Assembly: GCF_048269545.1 (NCBI RefSeq)
Contig: NZ_JBLXIJ010000001.1
Coordinates: 368,762-392,761, forward strand
From: Halpernia sp.
GTDB taxonomy: Bacteria; Bacteroidota; Bacteroidia; Flavobacteriales; Weeksellaceae
Reading direction: 5' to 3'
Length of the DNA: 24,000 nt
The notes under the pieces: model-generated
The model's database searches: none
Seen by the model: only the letters and a program-made list of their open reading frames with translations
Told to the model about the DNA's origin: nothing
Program-made: the position numbers and the translations under genes
Shown here: in pieces, positions 7,622 to 15,340 of the stretch
Position numbering within the stretch: position 1 is the first letter of the stretch
Layout of the letters: every line of letters starts with the position of its first letter

Positions 7622-10213
7622 ATGAATTTAGTTCAAAAGTCAATGTTTACGGCATTAATTACGCTTTCTACGGCAAGTGTTTATTATGCTCAAAGTGTGA
7701 AAGATACACTTAGTAAGGAAAAAGCTATCGATGAAGTGGTAATTAGCGGTGTTGCTGATATCGCAAAAGATAGAAAAACGCCTGTTGCTGTTTCTACAAT
7801 TAAAGAATCGCAAATTATTGAAAAATTAGGAAATCAGGAATTTCCTGAAATTTTAAACAGTACACCTTCTGTTTATGCCACTAAAGGTGGTGGTGGATTT
7901 GGAGATTCCAAATTAAACATTAGAGGTTTTGCTCAAGAAAATATCGCTGTAATGATCAATGGTGTTCCTGTAAACGACATGGAAAACGGTTCTGTTTATT
8001 GGAGCAACTGGGCTGGTTTATCTGATGTAACTTCTGCGATGCAAGTTCAAAGAGGTCTTGGTTCATCCAAATTGGCAATTGCTTCTGTTGGTGGAACGGT
8101 AAATATTTTAACCAGATCAGCAGACAGAAGGGAAGGCGGTAAAGCCTCTTTCGGTTTTGGTAATGACGGCTACAACAAACAACTTTTTGCCTATAATACC
8201 GGAAAAAACGCCAAAGGTTGGTCTTCCTCGTTTTTATTAAGCAGAACTGGCGGTTCTACTTATGCAAGCGGGACCCAGTTTGAAGGTTACAATTATTATT
8301 TCGCATTGGGTTACCAAAAAGGAAAACATGATTTTCAGTTTACCTTAACTGGTGCACCACAATGGCACAACCAACGAGCGTATGAAATTAAATTACAAAC
8401 TCTAATTGATAGAGGTTCTTACGACAGTCCAGACAGAAGATACAATAATGAAGAGGGTGTTTTAAACGGACAGGAATATACTTTTAAAAGAAATTATTAT
8501 CACAAACCGGTGATGTCTTTAAACTGGGATTGGAAAATGTCTCCAAGTTCAAAATTAAGCACTGTTGCTTACGCTTCTTTTGGTAGAGGTGGGGGAACAT
8601 CAGATTATGGTGGTGTAAATGGTGGCAAAAGAGGAGCTGATGCTTCTTGGAAAAACGCAGATGGCTTAATCAATTTTGATGCGATTGTTGCTGCAAATGC
8701 TGCTTCCACACCAGATAAAGGTACTCTTGTTAGAGCTTCTTCTGTTAATTCACATAACTGGTTTGGTTTAATTTCAAATTTCAACCACAAGATTAATGAT
8801 AATTTAAATTTTTCAGTTGGTTTTGATGGTAGATATTATTACGGGTATCACTACTATATAATTACTGATCTTTTAGGTGCTTCTGCATACAAAGACACGA
8901 AAAATTTAAATTTGACTGCACCAAATTATGTTTCCAACACATATAGCGCAAATGCAAGCTTTAACCCTTTCGGTGGAAAAATTGATCCTCTCAAAGATAG
9001 AGTAAACTTTAGTAATGATGGAGAAGTTCTTTATTATGGAGGTTTCGGTCAGTTAGAATATTCTAATGATAAAGTTTCTGCTTTTGTACAAGGTTCTGTT
9101 TCACAGCAAGGTTACCAAAGAATTGATAATTTCATTGTAGATGGTCAAACGACTTTAAACGGGAAATTAGTTTCACCAACCAATCAACCATCTGCTACGA
9201 ATCCTCTATTATATGCTAAAACAGGATTTAAAAATCTTATAGGATATAATGCAAAAGTAGGTGTAAACTATAATATTGATGAAAGAAATAATGTTTTTGT
9301 TAACGCAGGTTACTATTCTAAACAACCCTTTATTAAAGCAGTTTATCAAAATAATAAAAATTACTTAAACCCGAACTTAACTAATGAAAAAATATTTGGT
9401 TTAGAAGCAGGTTATGGTTTCAGAGCATCTTGGTTAAATGTAAATGTAAATGGGTATAGAACTACCTGGAAAGACCAATATGTGCGTGCTAGAGTAAGTA
9501 TTAAATTACCAGGAGGTGGTTACTTAAGTAATGCTTATGCTAATATTCAAGGAGTTGAAGAAGTTCACCAAGGGGTTGAGTTTGAAGCAAATTCTAGAAT
9601 TAATAAGTGGTTAAAACTTACAGGTATGGTTGCTGTTGCAGATTGGCATTACAAAGGAAATGCAAACGGTTCCATATATAATGAGTCAAATGATCCGATT
9701 GATAACCAAGGAAATATAGTTGCAAGTGGAAACGCAGCAACCCAAACGCTTTATTTAGATAAAATTAAAGTTGGAAACGCAGCTCAAACGACTGCCGCAT
9801 TGGGATTCGAAGTAGAACCAATAAAAGAATTTAGAATTAGTGCTAACTACAGATATATCAACCAACTTTATGCTAATTTGAACGTTCTTGACTTTTCTGA
9901 TCAAGCTAAAGCAGCAAAAGGAGCTTTAGAATTGCCCAGTTATGGTTTAGTAGATATGGGAATTGGTTACAAATTCCGTTTGCCTAATGCAAAACAAAGT
10001 TTTACTGTAAGAGCAAATGTTTATAACTTATTAGACAAAATTTATATCCAAAATTCTTATACTAACATTCATGCTTCAGACGCAACAAGTAATGCTCCAG
10101 GTGCGCCAACGTACGAACAAGCTGGTAAATTATACCACGGTGTAGCAACAGCAAATGAAGTGTTTTTCGGTTTCGGAAGAACATTTTCTGTAAACATTGC
10201 ATATAATTTCTAA
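7622..10213 (+). CDS. TonB-dependent outer-membrane receptor
   Basis: 863 aa. Signal peptide ending YYAQ. Plug-domain motifs (NIRGF, INGVPVND, VQRGLGSS). Long beta-barrel with alternating aromatic/Gly pattern ending in the terminal sequence AYNF. Confidence 0.85.
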   Translation: MNLVQKSMFTALITLSTASVYYAQSVKDTLSKEKAIDEVVISGVADIAKDRKTPVAVSTIKESQIIEKLGNQEFPEILNSTPSVYATKGGGGFGDSKLNIRGFAQENIAVMINGVPVNDMENGSVYWSNWAGLSDVTSAMQVQRGLGSSKLAIASVGGTVNILTRSADRREGGKASFGFGNDGYNKQLFAYNTGKNAKGWSSSFLLSRTGGSTYASGTQFEGYNYYFALGYQKGKHDFQFTLTGAPQWHNQRAYEIKLQTLIDRGSYDSPDRRYNNEEGVLNGQEYTFKRNYYHKPVMSLNWDWKMSPSSKLSTVAYASFGRGGGTSDYGGVNGGKRGADASWKNADGLINFDAIVAANAASTPDKGTLVRASSVNSHNWFGLISNFNHKINDNLNFSVGFDGRYYYGYHYYIITDLLGASAYKDTKNLNLTAPNYVSNTYSANASFNPFGGKIDPLKDRVNFSNDGEVLYYGGFGQLEYSNDKVSAFVQGSVSQQGYQRIDNFIVDGQTTLNGKLVSPTNQPSATNPLLYAKTGFKNLIGYNAKVGVNYNIDERNNVFVNAGYYSKQPFIKAVYQNNKNYLNPNLTNEKIFGLEAGYGFRASWLNVNVNGYRTTWKDQYVRARVSIKLPGGGYLSNAYANIQGVEEVHQGVEFEANSRINKWLKLTGMVAVADWHYKGNANGSIYNESNDPIDNQGNIVASGNAATQTLYLDKIKVGNAAQTTAALGFEVEPIKEFRISANYRYINQLYANLNVLDFSDQAKAAKGALELPSYGLVDMGIGYKFRLPNAKQSFTVRANVYNLLDKIYIQNSYTNIHASDATSNAPGAPTYEQAGKLYHGVATANEVFFGFGRTFSVNIAYNF

Positions 10214-10234
10214 AACAGTTTTTATATAACTTTA

Positions 10235-10263
10235 AATCCCGGCTTTTAGCCGGGATTTTTTTA
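10235..10263 (+). terminator. Rho-independent terminator of the TonB-dependent receptor gene
   Basis: Perfect 10-bp stem aatcccggct/agccgggatt with a 3-nt loop, followed by a T-run. Confidence 0.85.
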
Positions 10264-10269
10264 TATTTG
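10262..10269 (+). promoter_or_regulatory. -7 box TATATTTG upstream of the 146-aa membrane protein gene
   Basis: Exact TAnnTTTG match immediately after the terminator and 27 nt upstream of the ATG at 10297. Confidence 0.45.
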
Positions 10270-10296
10270 TATTTCACAAAATCAAAAAAATAAATT

Positions 10297-10737
10297 ATGG
10301 ATTTTTACAATGTTTTTCTAAACGCTCACAAAGGAATCGGTTATCTAGTGCTTCTTTTAGTGCTGGTTTTTACAATGTCACTTTTGATCTGTATGTTCGG
10401 TTATTCTGGCCGAATTTCTAAATTACTAAAAAAATCAACTTTGATCACTATGATACTATTTCACATTCAGGTTTTAGTAGGAATCCCATTATTATTAATA
10501 TTTTCTCCAGGTTTTAAAGCTGCATTAGATAGCGGAACTTTAATGAAAGATTCCTACGCAAGACATACTTTTGTTGAGCATCCTTTTTCAATGCTAGTTG
10601 CGGCAATTCTCTTAACAATTGTTTATAGATATACGAAAACGCACGAAACAATCGCCATGAAAATTGTAATTTTCGGAGTGATTGCAGTAGCATTTTTTGC
10701 ATATGCATTTCCGTGGATGCGTGTTTTTGGCGCATAA
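10297..10737 (+). CDS. Hypothetical integral membrane protein (about 4 TM helices)
   Basis: 146 aa with four hydrophobic stretches. It has its own putative promoter and follows a strong terminator. I do not recognise the family. Confidence 0.55.
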   Translation: MDFYNVFLNAHKGIGYLVLLLVLVFTMSLLICMFGYSGRISKLLKKSTLITMILFHIQVLVGIPLLLIFSPGFKAALDSGTLMKDSYARHTFVEHPFSMLVAAILLTIVYRYTKTHETIAMKIVIFGVIAVAFFAYAFPWMRVFGA

Positions 10738-10817
10738 TTAAAGTGATAAATATTATATACATCGCTTTGCAAATTTCTTTGAAAAAATATTAATCAATAT
10801 TTTAAAATATACTAGTA

Positions 10818-11807
10818 ATGAAAGTAGCCTTGGTTGGCGCCACCGGTATGGTTGGTCAAGTCATGTTAAAAGTCTTGGAAGAAAAAAACTTCCCCGTAAC
10901 GGAATTATTTCCTGTAGCCTCAGAAAAATCTGTTGGAAAAACTATTACATTTAAAAGTAAAGAATGTAAAATAGTTTCAATGCAAGATGCAATTGAGGCA
11001 AAACCAGAAATTGCACTTTTTTCTGCAGGCGGTGATATTTCTTTGGAATTTGCTCCAAAATTTGCAGCAGTTGGGACTACAGTTATAGATAATTCTTCAG
11101 CTTTTAGAATGAATTTTGCACACAAATTGATTGTCCCAGAAATTAACGCAAAAACTTTAACAAAAGAAGATAAAATTATTGCAAACCCAAACTGTTCTAC
11201 AATTCAGTTGGTAATGGTTTTACATCCTTTAAATAAAAAATATAATTTAAAAAGAGTGGTCGTTTCTACTTATCAATCCGTTACAGGAACAGGTAAAAAC
11301 GCAGTGGATCAACTAAATTCTGAAGTTCTCGGAGATAAATCTAAAAAGGTTTACCCTTATGAAATTTTTAAAAATGCATTGCCACATTGCGATGTTTTTT
11401 CTGAAAATGATTACACCAAAGAAGAAATAAAATTAATGACAGAACCCTTGAAAATTTTAGATGACAATTCATTTAAATTAACGGCAACTGCAGTTCGAGT
11501 TCCAGTTCAAGGTGGTCATTCTGAAAGTGTGAACATAGAATTTGAAAATGATTTTGAAATTGAAGATATTAAAGAATTACTTTCAAAAACACCAGGAATT
11601 ATAGTTCAAGATGATGTGAAAAATAATCTTTATCCAATGCCGTTATATTCTGAAGGAAAAGATGAGGTTTTCGTCGGTAGAATTCGCCGAGACAATTCTC
11701 AAGATAAAACTTTAAATATGTGGATTGTTGCAGATAATCTGCGTAAAGGAGCCGCGACAAATGCGGTGCAAATTGCAGAATATTTAGTGAAAAATAATTT
11801 AGTTTAA
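10818..11807 (+). CDS. asd: Aspartate-semialdehyde dehydrogenase
   Basis: 329 aa. NAD(P)-binding VALVGATGMVGQ. Active-site IANPNCSTIQL (catalytic Cys). Also SGTG, GHS and DNLRKGAA motifs. Confidence 0.92.
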   Translation: MKVALVGATGMVGQVMLKVLEEKNFPVTELFPVASEKSVGKTITFKSKECKIVSMQDAIEAKPEIALFSAGGDISLEFAPKFAAVGTTVIDNSSAFRMNFAHKLIVPEINAKTLTKEDKIIANPNCSTIQLVMVLHPLNKKYNLKRVVVSTYQSVTGTGKNAVDQLNSEVLGDKSKKVYPYEIFKNALPHCDVFSENDYTKEEIKLMTEPLKILDDNSFKLTATAVRVPVQGGHSESVNIEFENDFEIEDIKELLSKTPGIIVQDDVKNNLYPMPLYSEGKDEVFVGRIRRDNSQDKTLNMWIVADNLRKGAATNAVQIAEYLVKNNLV

Positions 11808-11813
11808 AAAAAA

Positions 11814-11840
11814 TGAGCGCCTAGATTGGGCGTTTTTTTT
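11814..11840 (+). terminator. Weak candidate terminator after asd
   Basis: Short stem cgcc/ggcg (11818-11821 with 11829-11832), extendable by A-U/G-U pairs, with a 7-nt loop. An A-run lies upstream and a T8 run downstream. The stem is short, so confidence is low. Confidence 0.4.
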
Positions 11841-12842
11841 ATGAAAGAAGACGCAGAAATATCAAAAAAAAGTTTCGCTTTTCAAAGAAATGTCGCCATA
11901 ATTGGTGTGCTACTTTTTTTTGGAAAATTATTAGCTTGGCTTTTAACTAATTCCGACGCAATTTTTTCCGATGCAATGGAAAGTATTGTGAATATTATTG
12001 CCGCTTTTATGGGATTATATTCGCTTTATTTGGCTTCAAAACCACGAGATGAAGATCATCCGTACGGACACGGAAAAGTAGAATTCATTACTTCTGGAGT
12101 GGAAGGAGCGCTTGTAATTTTTGCTGGTTTAATGATAATTGGACAAGCTGTTGTTTCATTGTTTAAAGGTAATATTTTAGATAAAATAGATTACGGTATT
12201 TACATTGTTGCACTTACCGCAATTGTGAATTATTTTCTAGGCTATTTAAGTTTTAAAAAAGGAAAAGCACAAAATTCTATTGTTTTACAAAGTTCCGGAA
12301 AACATTTAATGGCCGATACTTTTACAACTTTAGGAGTGATTATAAGTTTGGTAATCGTTTATTTTACTAAAATTTATTGGATAGATTCGGTTGTTGCTTT
12401 GCTCTTTGGAATTTATATTATTTTTGTCGGTTACAAAATTGTACGCAAATCTTTGGGCGGAATAATGGATGAAGCAGATCCCAAAATGCTCCGTAAATTA
12501 TCTTCACTTTTAAATCACAACCGAAGACCTGCGTGGATAGATTTGCACAATACTAAAATTCAGCAATATGGAAGTCGGCTTCATGTGGATGCACATTTAA
12601 CTTTACCGTGGTATTATGAACTGCGAGATGCGCACAATGAAATGGAAGAAGTTGTGAAATTAATTGCAAAAAACTCAGACCGAAAAATTGAATTCAACAT
12701 TCACATGGACGATTGCAAAGAATTTTCTTGTGAAATTTGCCAAGTAGAAAATTGCCCCGTTCGTTTGCACGCTTTTAAGAAAAAAATTATTTGGGATGAA
12801 AAAAATATTTCCCAAGTTCAGAAACATTCTATAAAGAATTAA
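11841..12842 (+). CDS. Cation diffusion facilitator (CDF) family metal efflux transporter
   Basis: Six TM helices. Metal-site motifs (SDAMESIVN in TM2, HLMADTFTT in TM5), the HPYGHGKVE loop, and a cytoplasmic C-terminal domain. I prefer the ATG at 11841 (MKEDAE...) to the track's TTG at 11826, which lies inside the T-run of the asd terminator. Confidence 0.85.
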   Translation: MKEDAEISKKSFAFQRNVAIIGVLLFFGKLLAWLLTNSDAIFSDAMESIVNIIAAFMGLYSLYLASKPRDEDHPYGHGKVEFITSGVEGALVIFAGLMIIGQAVVSLFKGNILDKIDYGIYIVALTAIVNYFLGYLSFKKGKAQNSIVLQSSGKHLMADTFTTLGVIISLVIVYFTKIYWIDSVVALLFGIYIIFVGYKIVRKSLGGIMDEADPKMLRKLSSLLNHNRRPAWIDLHNTKIQQYGSRLHVDAHLTLPWYYELRDAHNEMEEVVKLIAKNSDRKIEFNIHMDDCKEFSCEICQVENCPVRLHAFKKKIIWDEKNISQVQKHSIKN

Positions 12843-13286
12843 TTAAATTTCCAAACCTTTCTCAGACTGAACTTTTCGGTAATAAAATAGCGGAATTATC
12901 AACAATAAAATCAGTGGTTGAATCACAAATCTGCGCATATAAAAAGAAAATAAATAGCCAATTTCGAATTTATTATAAATGCAGAATAGATAAATAATAA
13001 AGGTAATTGCAAAAACCAAAGTCATTAAAACCCACGCTTGCAAAGTCCATCTTTTATTTAAAAATAAAGCTTGTACAATGATTAAGGAGAAAATTAAATT
13101 TAAACCAAACCGAAATAAATAATTTAAAATCAAAGGAAACCAATTAAAATCGGGAAAAAGCGCATTGATATCTGCACTTTTAAAAAATTCTAAAAAAGGA
13201 TCATAAAATAAATGGTTTTCTACAAAGCGAACGCCAATTAATCCACAAACTCCAAGAATTACAAATAACCATCGTAAATTTCTCAT
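12843..13286 (-). CDS. Exosortase F system-associated membrane protein (XrtF partner)
   Basis: 147-aa polytopic membrane protein starting 1 nt downstream of the xrtF stop. Its size, the LFYDPF motif near the N-terminus and its position match the partner family that accompanies XrtF. The assignment rests mostly on context. Confidence 0.6.
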   Translation of the reverse strand: MRNLRWLFVILGVCGLIGVRFVENHLFYDPFLEFFKSADINALFPDFNWFPLILNYLFRFGLNLIFSLIIVQALFLNKRWTLQAWVLMTLVFAITFIIYLFCIYNKFEIGYLFSFYMRRFVIQPLILLLIIPLFYYRKVQSEKGLEI

Positions 13287-13287
13287 T

Positions 13288-13821
13288 TTAATTTCTTCTT
13301 TTCGGTTTTAAAACAAAAAACTTCACCCAAATAAGCCAAAGAATAACAATTGTTCCATAGATAATTGCAGGAAAAATATATTGGTGTGAAATGGTTTCAT
13401 ATTTCGGATATTCTACTAAAATAATATTTAACCAGACAATTCTCAAAACATTCATAAGGTGAATTACAACTAAACCAACCGCCGCAAAAATAAAAGTTTT
13501 TGCACCTTTATAAAAAACAAAAATGAATGCCAAAAATAAAATCATAATAGAGATTGCGTTGCAACCTTCTACCATTCGAGAAATATAATTATTATTAACG
13601 TAAAACCAAGTCGTGTGATATCTCGCATCATCCACCAATTCCGTCGTATATCCTAAAGAATTTTGGCAAAAACCACTTTGTGCTGCAACCCATTTTGAAA
13701 AAGGATCTATTGCAGAACTAGCAAAATAATTCAGATAAAATTGGTACGCAAAAAGCAAAACAAGATAAATTATAATAAACCTTAAGATCACTTTTAAAAT
13801 CGGTAAAAAATCTTTGAACAT
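13288..13821 (-). CDS. xrtF: Exosortase family protein XrtF
   Basis: 177-aa membrane protein with exosortase-type catalytic signatures in the expected order: Cys in EGCNAISI, Arg in NVLRIV, His in ISHQYIFP. The small size is typical of the Bacteroidota XrtF subclass. Confidence 0.75.
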   Translation of the reverse strand: MFKDFLPILKVILRFIIIYLVLLFAYQFYLNYFASSAIDPFSKWVAAQSGFCQNSLGYTTELVDDARYHTTWFYVNNNYISRMVEGCNAISIMILFLAFIFVFYKGAKTFIFAAVGLVVIHLMNVLRIVWLNIILVEYPKYETISHQYIFPAIIYGTIVILWLIWVKFFVLKPKRRN

Positions 13822-13825
13822 ATAA

Positions 13826-13833
13826 CAAAGATA
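13826..13833 (-). promoter_or_regulatory. -7 box TATCTTTG (minus strand) for the xrtF operon
   Basis: Plus-strand caaagata is TATCTTTG on the minus strand. It ends 4 nt before the xrtF ATG (complement of 13819-13821). Confidence 0.5.
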
Positions 13834-13853
13834 ACAAAATCTTCATTTTTTAG

Positions 13854-13861
13854 TATCTTTG
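13854..13861 (+). promoter_or_regulatory. -7 box TATCTTTG for the kinase/RapZ-CTD/nucleotidyltransferase/LOG cluster
   Basis: Exact TAnnTTTG match ending 7 nt before the ATG at 13869. It mirrors the minus-strand box 20 nt away. Confidence 0.5.
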
Positions 13862-13868
13862 TTTTTCC

Positions 13869-14861
13869 ATGGAAGAAAAAGAAATTCTAGAGTTTTTTGA
13901 AGATTTTTCGCAAGAAAAAACGCTCGGTTTTTTGGAGTTACCACAAAGCGGTTCTTCCAGAAAAAATTACATTGTAGAAAACTCACAACAAAAATTTGTG
14001 ATGACTTTCAATTCTAATATTTCGGAAAATCAATCTTTTTTTTATTTTTCTAAACTATTTTCAGAATTAAATTTAAATACACCAAAAATTTTTAAAATTA
14101 ATTCGGCAGAAAATCTTTACATCCAAAGTTTCTTGGGCAATGAAACTTTATCTGAAATTATAGCCAAAGATGGTAAAACAGAACGAGTGAAATTATTAGT
14201 AAAGCAAGTTTTATCACATCTTTTTGAACTGCAAAAAAAATCATTAGGAAAAGTAGATTACACCAAAACCTTTGAATATACAAGTTACAACGAGCTTCCA
14301 ATTTTAAATGATTTATTTTATTTTAAATGTTTTTTTATTGATGTTTTGGAACTGCCTTATCAAAAATCTAAATTAATTTCTGAGTTTTTAGAACTGGCAA
14401 AATTATTAGAAAAACTGCAACCAAGAGGTTTAATGTTGCGAGATTTCCAAGCCAGAAACATCATGGTAAAAGAAAACGAAGTTTTTTTCATCGATTATCA
14501 AGCGGCGATGGAAGGTCCATTAATGTATGATGTGATTTCATTATTATTTCAAGCAAAAGCTAATTTCTCTGAAGATTTTAAACAAGAAATGCTTAAATTT
14601 TATCTATCGAAATGGGAAAATGAAGAAGTTAAAAATCAATTAGAAAATTCAATAAAACCTCTGCAACTGATTCGTTTTTTGCAAGTTTTAGGAGCTTATG
14701 GATTTCGGGGATTGGTTCAGAAGAAAGAACATTTTCTAAAAAGTATTGAAAAAGGAGTAAAAAATATTCAAAATTTCGCTTATTCTTGGGACGAAATAAA
14801 AAATTATCCAGAATTGGAAAAATTAATTTTTAAATTGAATTGTTTAAAAATTAAAATTTAA
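13869..14861 (+). CDS. Aminoglycoside-phosphotransferase-fold kinase, AmgK-like (putative anomeric amino-sugar kinase)
   Basis: 330 aa. The APH/choline-kinase catalytic loop LRDFQARNIMV and the downstream FIDYQAAMEGPLMYDVISLL resemble the HRDxHxxNLM ... IDFQDA..GP..YDL.SLL pattern of AmgK. The substrate is not determinable from sequence. Confidence 0.7.
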   Translation: MEEKEILEFFEDFSQEKTLGFLELPQSGSSRKNYIVENSQQKFVMTFNSNISENQSFFYFSKLFSELNLNTPKIFKINSAENLYIQSFLGNETLSEIIAKDGKTERVKLLVKQVLSHLFELQKKSLGKVDYTKTFEYTSYNELPILNDLFYFKCFFIDVLELPYQKSKLISEFLELAKLLEKLQPRGLMLRDFQARNIMVKENEVFFIDYQAAMEGPLMYDVISLLFQAKANFSEDFKQEMLKFYLSKWENEEVKNQLENSIKPLQLIRFLQVLGAYGFRGLVQKKEHFLKSIEKGVKNIQNFAYSWDEIKNYPELEKLIFKLNCLKIKI

Positions 14862-14925
14862 AACATTAAGGATTATTAATTGTCAACTATATGGAAAAAT
14901 AACTAAAAAAAGAATAAAAAGTAAT

Positions 14926-15333
14926 ATGAGTCTAAAAATAGAAATCCACAGTTTTTCCTACAAAAAAGGCGGAATCCCAAAAGATAATTCAGGAAACGGC
15001 GGCGGATTTTGTTTTGATTGCAGGGGAATTTTAAATCCCGGAAGAATTGAAGAATTTAAACCGCAAACGGGTCAGGAAATTGGAGTGCAAGAATTTTTAG
15101 AACAAAAAACCAAAATGCCACAATTCTTAGAAGGAATTAAAAATGTAATTTCTATCACAATAGAAGATTATCTAGATAGAAATTTTGAACATTTGCAAAT
15201 TAATTTTGGTTGCACCGGCGGACAACATCGTTCCGTTTATTCTGCTGAAAAAATCGCAGAATTTATTAAAAATAATTATCCTGAAACTACAGTGAAATTA
15301 TTTCATGATGAGCAACCACAATTAAAAGTATGA
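14926..15333 (+). CDS. RapZ C-terminal-domain-only protein (lacks the P-loop N-terminal domain)
   Basis: The 135-aa protein aligns end to end with the C-terminal half of E. coli RapZ. HSFSYKKGGIP corresponds to ESFGFKHGIP, ILNPGR to LPNPHW, KPQTGQE..VQEFL to RPMTGLDKPVAAFL, and GCTGGQHRSVYSAEKIAEF to GCTGGKHRSVYIAEQLADY. Confidence 0.78.
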   Translation: MSLKIEIHSFSYKKGGIPKDNSGNGGGFCFDCRGILNPGRIEEFKPQTGQEIGVQEFLEQKTKMPQFLEGIKNVISITIEDYLDRNFEHLQINFGCTGGQHRSVYSAEKIAEFIKNNYPETTVKLFHDEQPQLKV

Positions 15334-15340
15334 AATTGAA

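Noticed and set aside
11826-11840. TTG start at 11826 for the CDF transporter, as given in the ORF track
   Set aside because: The extra codons (MGVFF) fall inside the T-run of the asd terminator. The ATG at 11841 gives a normal CDF N-terminus.
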